Below, one piece after another: positions 1 through 5,189 of a stretch of DNA of 5,885 nt (its first letter is position 1; the number at the start of each line of letters is the position of its first letter). The notes beneath the pieces were generated by a model. The model worked only from the letters and a program-made list of their open reading frames with translations, was not told where the DNA came from and searched no databases. The stretch is from Candidatus Thorarchaeota archaeon (GTDB lineage: Archaea > Asgardarchaeota > Thorarchaeia > Thorarchaeales > Thorarchaeaceae). The position numbers and the translations under genes were made by a program. The stretch covers positions 1 through 5,885 of the forward strand of contig PRDJ01000046.1 of NCBI GenBank assembly GCA_003345555.1, in the 5' to 3' direction.

Positions 1-1
1 C

Positions 2-655
2 TTAGACTCTTGGCTACTACAGAACGGTCATGACGGTTTCATAACTACCCATGCGTTTGGCTCGATGATGCCACAGTACTCGTACGTGATCTCGAGCACG
101 GCCGCAGCCATGAATACAACCTTCACGCCCGTTTCTAGCACAGGCCTTTCGTTGAAGTACCCTTATGGTCCAAGCCGGACAAGGATTGGCCGAGGCCGCC
201 CCTTCTTGGTCGATGCCTGCGGCAACTGCCGTGGTTACATTTCTGATACGACAAGGACTTTCGTATGTGGTAGCTTCGACAAGGCAGCTCGCGACCAGCT
301 CGATGCTCTGAATCAGTTGAGGACACTCATCAGTCGCGGCCTCGGACCCGGCGTGAATCTGGGCGAGCTATATGGGCACGTGCTTGAGCTTGCGCGGGAG
401 CTTGGGATTGAGGAGTACTTCATGGGTGTTGGACCTGACAAGGTCGCTTTCTTGGGCCATGGCGTGGGCTTGGAGCTTGACGATCTACCAGTATTTCATG
501 CTCGTGGTCCAGAGTTGCTGGTCGGTAATACATTAGCATGCGAACCGAAGTTGATCATTCCGGGAAGAAGGGTGCTCGGTATTGAAGACACATACGCAGT
601 AACACGGTCAGGTTCTAGGCGTCTCTCTAAGGCTCCAGATAGCTACGAAATATAG
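2..655 (+). CDS. Xaa-Pro aminopeptidase/prolidase-like M24 family metallopeptidase, C-terminal catalytic domain (5'-truncated by the window edge)
   Basis: The frame is open from position 2 (LDSWLLQNGHDGFITTHAFGS precedes the track's ATG at 65). Pita-bread fold metal ligands occur in canonical order: D...GYISDTTRT, GHGVGLE, EPK, GIEDT. Stop TAG at 653-655. Confidence 0.9.
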   Translation, partial: LDSWLLQNGHDGFITTHAFGSMMPQYSYVISSTAAAMNTTFTPVSSTGLSLKYPYGPSRTRIGRGRPFLVDACGNCRGYISDTTRTFVCGSFDKAARDQLDALNQLRTLISRGLGPGVNLGELYGHVLELARELGIEEYFMGVGPDKVAFLGHGVGLELDDLPVFHARGPELLVGNTLACEPKLIIPGRRVLGIEDTYAVTRSGSRRLSKAPDSYEI

Positions 656-676
656 GTGCCAGATGAAGTCCAATCG

Positions 677-1138
677 CTAACCAAGGATGATTCGGCCCAC
701 GCTGAGACCGAATTGTTGAGCTCTTGCAGTCTCGCCCTCGACTAGGGGCCCCGTTCTGCTCTTGACCTCTCCAGAAAACCCTTCGGTGACAAGCTTCAGT
801 CCGTGTAGCTTCTCACGTATCTTTCTCTGTAGCTTGGCGACAGCAACACCCTTGTTTGCACCCATGTAGGTGTCAAAAGCTGCAGAGACCTTGCCTCTCA
901 GGTCTACTGAGGCAGCGCGATCAATGAACCCGATTACTCCACGTGATGGTTCTTGCATGTGATTCGGACAGCCGAAGAGGATTGCATCGTAGTGAACGAG
1001 TTCGTCTGGCTGCGCATCGGCTGGCACAATCAACCTGCAATCAATCTCGCCGGCCTGCTTCATCCCTTCCACGATTGCCTCAGCAATCCGCTTCGTATTT
1101 CCATATTTGCTCTCGTAGACTACTATCGCGCGCTTCAT
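677..1138 (-). CDS. Flavodoxin-fold FMN-binding protein, 153 aa
   Basis: N-terminal FMN phosphate loop IVVYESKYGNTKRIAEAI, then YDAILFGCPNH (GSPT-equivalent) and GKVSAAFDTY, which is the flavodoxin beta-strand pattern. Confidence 0.88.
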   Translation of the reverse strand: MKRAIVVYESKYGNTKRIAEAIVEGMKQAGEIDCRLIVPADAQPDELVHYDAILFGCPNHMQEPSRGVIGFIDRAASVDLRGKVSAAFDTYMGANKGVAVAKLQRKIREKLHGLKLVTEGFSGEVKSRTGPLVEGETARAQQFGLSVGRIILG

Positions 1139-1321
1139 TTCTCAGTCTACTGTTAGGAGTTTCACTACCTTATGTCAATTTCCCGAAGCGACATCGAAGT
1201 CTTCCGCGCGTATGAATCCGGGTCTTTGAATGAGGCGCACGCGGACACGATGCCGCCTCCAAGTAAGCCCTTCGTGTTAGCACCTGTGTTTGCAGGGATT
1301 TCGAGAGGAACAGAAATATCT

Positions 1322-1327
1322 GGAGGT
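1322..1327 (+). promoter_or_regulatory. Shine-Dalgarno site of the PNPOx-like gene
   Basis: GGAGGT lies 6 nt upstream of ATG 1334, within GGAGGTAGGTGA-ATG. Confidence 0.6.
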
Positions 1328-1333
1328 AGGTGA

Positions 1334-1897
1334 ATGCTGCAAGGGAATGACCCGAAGGGCGACATGGCGATGCGAGAGCTCGGCTTTGACTTTGTGGAAC
1401 GAGAGATTCGAAAGAAGACGTTCGGAGTGTTGACGACGATAGATCATCGAGAGCGTCCTCACTCGACTGGAGTTCTCTATGGAGTATCCCGTCCGGAGTC
1501 CGGTTTCTCAATCTATGTGATGGCAGGCGCTGGTTCCGCAAAAGTGCGGAATGTGAGGAGCAATCCAAACGTTTCCTTGTTAGTCACATTTCCTCACTAT
1601 TACCTGCGTTTTGTCCCCGCCAGCTACGTCATGTTCCGGGGAAAGGCGAAGATAGTCATGCCAGACGACTCGGACGGTCGGTGGGCTTTCAGTCAAAAGA
1701 GGATTCTGCGTATGAACCAGTCCGCCGAGGCAACGACTGAGTCGGTGTTCATCGGGATTGACCCTGAACCGACTGTCTTTTGTTATGGGGTCGGGATTGG
1801 AATAAACCAGCTTAGGAAGCACATCGAATCAGGCGCATACAAGGTGACAATTCCAGAGGAACGTCTGAGATGCAACAAGGGCCGTCAGAGTCTCTGA
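1334..1897 (+). CDS. Pyridoxamine 5'-phosphate oxidase-like split beta-barrel flavin/deazaflavin-binding protein, 187 aa
   Basis: Motifs FGVLTTID..RPHS, GSAKVRNVRSNPNVSLLV and VMFRGKAKIV are typical of the PNPOx-like family (S.K.RN...NP.VSL). An SD supports ATG 1334; ATGs about 30 nt further downstream are alternative starts. Confidence 0.85.
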   Translation: MLQGNDPKGDMAMRELGFDFVEREIRKKTFGVLTTIDHRERPHSTGVLYGVSRPESGFSIYVMAGAGSAKVRNVRSNPNVSLLVTFPHYYLRFVPASYVMFRGKAKIVMPDDSDGRWAFSQKRILRMNQSAEATTESVFIGIDPEPTVFCYGVGIGINQLRKHIESGAYKVTIPEERLRCNKGRQSL

Positions 1898-1910
1898 AAG
1901 GCCAATGAGC

Positions 1911-2321
1911 CTACTTCAAGGGCACGTATGATGACGACTTGGTTGCACCGATGCCTGGGTTTCCATGGCTCACCTTTCTTGTTGAGGGTGCGAATTCGCC
2001 CAAGACATGTCCGATCATCTGTGGGATGATCTTGACCTTGGTGAAATCCTTCCCGTTGTGAACGGCGACTGTCAGGTCAATCATCTCTGGAAGGACGACC
2101 ATATCTCTGCAGTGAGTCTTGGTAATGATGTCTTTGCCCTTCTTCTGCGCCTTTCTGGCGTTCCTGAGCTTAGTCAGGAGTTTCTTCTGCCTCGGGGGTA
2201 GGCCTCGCTTCAGAGTTCTTCTTCTGCGACTTGGAAGAATCTCGATGAGATCATCTATGTTCATCTTAGCGAGTTCTTCGATTTCGTGCCCGCGGTAGGT
2301 TGGAACACCTTTCTGAGACAT
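1911..2321 (-). CDS. rps19: 30S ribosomal protein uS19 (archaeal S19P, homolog of eukaryotic RPS15), 136 aa
   Basis: TYRG..IEEL, LPSRRRRTLKRG, KTHCRDMVVLPEM, VHNGK, MIGHVLGEF and the C-terminal HGNPGIGATKSSSYVPLK. The start is moved from the track's TTG (2324) to ATG 2321, which follows GGTGAT-ttg. Confidence 0.97.
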   Translation of the reverse strand: MSQKGVPTYRGHEIEELAKMNIDDLIEILPSRRRRTLKRGLPPRQKKLLTKLRNARKAQKKGKDIITKTHCRDMVVLPEMIDLTVAVHNGKDFTKVKIIPQMIGHVLGEFAPSTRKVSHGNPGIGATKSSSYVPLK

Positions 2322-2324
2322 CAA

Positions 2325-2330
2325 ATCACC
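2325..2330 (-). promoter_or_regulatory. Shine-Dalgarno site of rps19
   Basis: GGTGAT on the minus strand, 3 nt before ATG 2321; complementary to the archaeal 16S 3' end (AUCACC). Confidence 0.65.
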
Positions 2331-2352
2331 AAGTTGGCATCAGAAGCGGCAA

Positions 2353-2383
2353 GAGCCACTCAAATTGAACCGAGCCACCCAAA
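2353..2383. repeat. 12-bp direct repeat GAGCCAC(T/C)CAAA, 19-bp period
   Basis: GAGCCACTCAAA at 2353-2364 and GAGCCACCCAAA at 2372-2383 differ by one mismatch. Confidence 0.8.
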
Positions 2384-2389
2384 ATGCAA

Positions 2390-2403
2390 CTTAAACGTTT
2401 CGT
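2390..2403 (-). promoter_or_regulatory. Putative BRE/TATA promoter of rps19
   Basis: The minus strand reads ACGAAACG-TTTAAG, a purine-rich BRE-like stretch followed by a TATA-like box, about 70 nt upstream of the ATG. This predicts a start site near 2365. Confidence 0.55.
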
Positions 2404-2455
2404 CAGGGCCGTTCTCGCGTGACGACAGGAGGAAGACACGCATCTGGGTGTGTAT

Positions 2456-2977
2456 CTATCTAGACTTGCTCTCTTGCTCTGACGCCTTGCTGACCGCATC
2501 GGGAACCCAGCCTAGCGATTCCTTGAGTCCCGGATCCCTGATAACGGCCAATCTTGCGAGTTCAACTGCCTTGTTCCAGTGTCCGAGTTCATAGTTGATT
2601 TCGGCCATATGGAGCACTGCCAGAGGCAGTCTCTTTTCGCGCTTCAAAGCGGCGTCAAACGCTACCAATGCCTCTTCTAGCATGCCGAGACCACGAAGGC
2701 AGACACCTTTGTTGAATAGTGGAACCGGGTCCTTCGGGGCGATGGAAGCTGCTCTGTCTAACAGGTCCAGTGCTTCTTTGGTAGCGGGGCTGTCTCTCTT
2801 CGCTACGCCATCTGTCTCTATGAGTGCCACAGCCAAGGAGACCATTGCATTGGTATGAGCAGGGTTCCTGGAGACTATTCCTCTGAGTAAGGCAATTGCT
2901 TCTTTCGTCTTTCCATTCGTAAGGAGCATAGCTGCCTGCTCATACTCTGAGTCTTTCCTTCGCCCTGACGCTGGCAT
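2456..2977 (-). CDS. Tetratricopeptide repeat (TPR) protein, about 173 aa
   Basis: About four TPR-like units, e.g. EAIALLRGIVSRNPAHTNAMVSLA, ALDLLDRAASIAPKDPVPLFNKGVCLRGLG.LEEAL.AFD.AL and AEINYELGHWNKAVELAR.A...DP. The start is probably ATG 2977 (alternatively 2995). The track's 3064 start would overlap the mutase gene and its promoter. Confidence 0.85.
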   Translation of the reverse strand: MPASGRRKDSEYEQAAMLLTNGKTKEAIALLRGIVSRNPAHTNAMVSLAVALIETDGVAKRDSPATKEALDLLDRAASIAPKDPVPLFNKGVCLRGLGMLEEALVAFDAALKREKRLPLAVLHMAEINYELGHWNKAVELARLAVIRDPGLKESLGWVPDAVSKASEQESKSR

Positions 2978-3011
2978 AATGGTTTCAGATTGCATTGAAA
3001 CCGACGATACT

Positions 3012-3017
3012 CTTAAG
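3012..3017. promoter_or_regulatory. Palindromic TATA-like box CTTAAG in the short divergent gap between the TPR and mutase genes
   Basis: It is the only TTAA core in the gap, 25 nt before GTG 3043 and 34 nt before ATG 2977 on the opposite strand. Confidence 0.4.
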
Positions 3018-3042
3018 TCATCGCCTAGCAGAACCGCCGCAC

Positions 3043-4401
3043 GTGGTACGCATTTTCGGCACAAACGGTGTGCGCGGAATCATAAACCAAAGCATGACCG
3101 TAGACATGGCGCTAGACATCAGTAGATCTGCCGCGACAATCTTGGGAGCAGGTCATGTTGCGGTTGCCCGAGATTCTCGCATGGGTGGAGAGATGTTCTC
3201 ACGGGCCATAGTGTCCGGTCTTCTATCCACGGGCTGTTCAGTCATTGACATCGGTCTTGCTCCAACTCCAACACTCCAATTCGTCGTTCCCCGGCTCGGT
3301 TGTGTCGGGGGAATCATGATTACTGCATCACACAATCCCGGGGAATTCAGTGGCATAAAGGTCATGGGCTCTGATGGTATAGAGGTCTCTCGGGACGTGG
3401 AAGATAGCATCGAAAATTCGTATTTCGGCAGAGAATTCAGGGTCGCTCCGTGGGATAGGATCGGCACAGTCGAGAGTTATGACTCCGCACTCAGACAATT
3501 CATGGATGCCATAAAGAGTCACATTGACGTTCAGGGGGCTCAGAAGCGCAGACTGACTGTAGTTGTCGATTGTGCCAACAGTGTTGGATCGTTGGTGACT
3601 CCTCAGCTCATGAGGGAGCTGGGCTGCAAGGTATTCTCAATGAATGGACAGCTAGACGGAACTTTCCCTGGTAGGGATCCTGAACCGCTCCCGGAGAATC
3701 TCACGGAACTGAGCCGAGCTGTGGTGTCTATTGGAGCTGACATAGGAATCGCACACGATGGTGATGCCGACCGTGCCACTTTTGTCGATGAACGGGGTCA
3801 GGTCCTCTGGGGGGACCAATCCTTCGCACTAATTGCCTCGCGAGTACTTGCGAGAAAACCCGGTTCAACTCTTGTGACGCCGGTGAGCAGCGGCAGATTG
3901 ATTGAAGACGTCGCCAAACAAACAGGCGCTCAGATAGTTTGGACGGAAGTCGGTAGTGTCGTCGTTTCTCACAAGGTAAAGGAACTCGGAGCTGACCTTG
4001 GTGGAGAAGAGAATGGAGGCGTCTTCTATCCCCCACATCAGCCAGTCAGAGATGGACCAATGACTGCCGCCCAAGTTGTCGACATACTAGCTGCCGAAGG
4101 AGTAAGCTTGTCAGGCCTGATTCAGAAACTGCCAAAGTACGCAAGTGCCAAGACCAAGGTCCCAGTGCCTGCCGAAAAGAGGGATCGTATACTCGGTGTG
4201 CTGCTTCAAATGACCGAAGGCCAGAACAGGATTACACTTGACGGTATCAAGCTCATCTATGACGAAGGTTGGATTCTGATGAGACCTTCAGGAACTGAGC
4301 CTCTCTGGCGATGCTTTGCAGAGGGAAAGACTCAGAAGACGGCCGACAAGCTATCTCAGCAGGGAGTGAATTTGATTCGAGAGGCAGCAGCAAGCTCTTA
4401 G
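3043..4401 (+). CDS. Alpha-D-phosphohexomutase (archaeal PMM/PGM/GlmM type), 452 aa
   Basis: N-terminal RIFGTNGVRG places the start at GTG 3043. Catalytic phosphoserine loop TASHNP, metal loop DGDADR, sugar-binding GEENGG and phosphate-binding RPSGTEP are all present. Substrate preference (mannose, glucose or glucosamine phosphate) cannot be resolved from motifs. Confidence 0.95.
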   Translation: MVRIFGTNGVRGIINQSMTVDMALDISRSAATILGAGHVAVARDSRMGGEMFSRAIVSGLLSTGCSVIDIGLAPTPTLQFVVPRLGCVGGIMITASHNPGEFSGIKVMGSDGIEVSRDVEDSIENSYFGREFRVAPWDRIGTVESYDSALRQFMDAIKSHIDVQGAQKRRLTVVVDCANSVGSLVTPQLMRELGCKVFSMNGQLDGTFPGRDPEPLPENLTELSRAVVSIGADIGIAHDGDADRATFVDERGQVLWGDQSFALIASRVLARKPGSTLVTPVSSGRLIEDVAKQTGAQIVWTEVGSVVVSHKVKELGADLGGEENGGVFYPPHQPVRDGPMTAAQVVDILAAEGVSLSGLIQKLPKYASAKTKVPVPAEKRDRILGVLLQMTEGQNRITLDGIKLIYDEGWILMRPSGTEPLWRCFAEGKTQKTADKLSQQGVNLIREAAASS

Positions 4402-4402
4402 A

Positions 4403-4525
4403 ACCTCCTGTACGCACGGCGTCGACGATGGCTACGCCGTCATGCCACGACCTGTCTACACAATGTGTGGTATTGAGACAGACAAAATGAGAAGAGAGGG
4501 AATTGGCTGGTCCCTCTCAGGAGGT
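4403..4525. other. Structured intergenic element: 8-bp closing inverted repeat enclosing three hairpins (candidate ncRNA or 3'-UTR structure)
   Basis: ACCTCCTG 4403-4410 pairs with CAGGAGGT 4518-4525; ACGGCGT 4416-4422 with ACGCCGT 4434-4440; CTGTCT 4452-4457 with AGACAG 4476-4481; GAGAGGGA 4494-4501 with TCCCTCTC 4511-4518. All are perfect Watson-Crick stems (C4518 is shared by two of them). Confidence 0.5.
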
Positions 4526-4547
4526 AGTGATTCTCGGGTGTCAGCGC

Positions 4548-4922
4548 CTAACTCTTGCCTTTCTGAGGAGCCTTGCTCTCAGGCTTCTTCTCTTCTGGCT
4601 TTGCTTCGGGCTTCTTCTCTTCTTCGAAGTCGAAGTCCTCCAGCGGCTCAGGAGCTGGAGTGGTTACCATTGTCCAGCCAATCCACATTCCAATGACAGC
4701 AATCAAGACTACTGCAAGCCAGATCGGCAGCATGACTAGAAATCTCCAGTCTGGAACGAAGATATCTCGCAGAATGCCAGGTGGAAACAGTCCGTAGGCC
4801 CAACTCGTAGCGGCGGGTCCGAACCATGGGTTCTGGAGTATGACCAGACCCCAAGTGTAGTAAATCAGCACAAGAAATGCAAGAATGAGTATGAGAGCAC
4901 CAAATCCTTTCTCTTTGCCCAT
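4548..4922 (-). CDS. Small two-TM membrane protein, DPM2-like (dolichol-phosphate-mannose synthase regulatory subunit / PIG-P-like hairpin) with a charged C-terminal tail, 124 aa
   Basis: Two hydrophobic segments (GFGALILILAFLVLIYYTWGLVIL and FLVMLPIWLAVVLIAVIGMWIGWTM). The YYT motif and the P-x11-G-x-aromatic-I-x-aromatic-x-M spacing match human DPM2 as I recall it. An SD-like AGGTAGTGA lies 7 nt upstream of the ATG. The CDS is solid; the family call is a by-eye alignment. Confidence 0.75.
   Translation of the reverse strand: MGKEKGFGALILILAFLVLIYYTWGLVILQNPWFGPAATSWAYGLFPPGILRDIFVPDWRFLVMLPIWLAVVLIAVIGMWIGWTMVTTPAPEPLEDFDFEEEKKPEAKPEEKKPESKAPQKGKS
4582..4623. repeat. Exact 15-bp intragenic direct repeat encoding EEKKP twice
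   Basis: GGCTTCTTCTCTTCT at 4582-4596 and 4609-4623 (27-bp period) in the low-complexity tail of the DPM2-like gene. Confidence 0.85.
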
Positions 4923-5138
4923 TAATGTTCACTACCTACTCCGGTTTGAAAGCACAGGCAGGTTATCCGCTTTAGCCATCATAAAAGGATTGTGCAAAGT
5001 CAGCGTGTGGGTCAAGGCAAAGCCATTTGAAACATGTGAGACTTATTGTGCATACCGAGCTGTTTTTCTCATCTTGCCCGCGGAAGATTCTTGGCGAGCA
5101 GTGGCTTCACAGAGGGCCGCAATTCCTCGTACGCATTG

Positions 5139-5146
5139 CTTATAAT
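5139..5146 (+). promoter_or_regulatory. Putative TATA box of etfB
   Basis: CTTATAAT about 50 nt upstream of ATG 5198, leaving room for a leader that contains the SD. Confidence 0.55.
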
Positions 5147-5183
5147 GAGACAGCCTTGCAGCCGAAGTGACACAAGCCACCTT

Positions 5184-5189
5184 GGAGTG
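5184..5189 (+). promoter_or_regulatory. Shine-Dalgarno site of etfB
   Basis: GGAGTG lies 8 nt before ATG 5198. Confidence 0.6.

Noticed and set aside
1150-1178. Bacterial sigma70-like promoter on the minus strand (TTGACA, 17 nt, TAACAG) upstream of the flavodoxin gene
   Set aside because: The -10 element matches only 3 of 6 positions, and the context is archaeal with TATA-type promoters. Treated as chance.
2436-2453. Hairpin terminator after the TPR gene (ACACGC/GTGTGT)
   Set aside because: Only 6 bp, and on the transcribed minus strand one pair becomes an A-C mismatch. No U-tract follows.
2995-3064. Head-to-head overlap of the TPR and mutase ORFs in the track
   Set aside because: An artefact of longest-ORF starts. 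The mutase family N-terminus begins at GTG 3043 and the TPR protein most likely starts at 2977 or 2995.
4381-4407. preQ1-I riboswitch-like GAGGTTCTA...CCTC on the minus strand
   Set aside because: The loop is 19 nt (too long), there is no A-rich tail, it is largely antisense to the mutase 3' end, and no downstream gene is regulated.
4487-4523. SECIS-like AUGA...AA...GA hairpin on the plus strand
   Set aside because: Helix II is short with mismatches next to the core, helix I is absent, and the upstream mutase has no in-frame UGA.
4403-4525. tRNA, 5S rRNA, C/D or H/ACA sRNA, hammerhead or HDV ribozyme as the identity of the structured element
   Set aside because: There is no T-loop (TTCRA) or 7-nt anticodon loop, no 5S CCGAAC loop, no correctly ordered C and D boxes, no K-loop or pseudouridylation pocket before ACA, no CUGANGA/GAAA core, and the HDV P1/P1.1 pairings fail.
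4399-4527. MITE with 8-bp terminal inverted repeats and a TAG target duplication
   Set aside because: The two TAG copies are not symmetric about the inverted repeats, the repeats are very short, and there is no second copy or transposase in the window. Not called as a feature; it remains one hypothesis for the element.
4548-4562. ER-retrieval dilysine motif at the DPM2-like C-terminus (QKGKS)
   Set aside because: The lysines are at -4 and -2. KKxx/KxKxx requires -3 together with -4 or -5.
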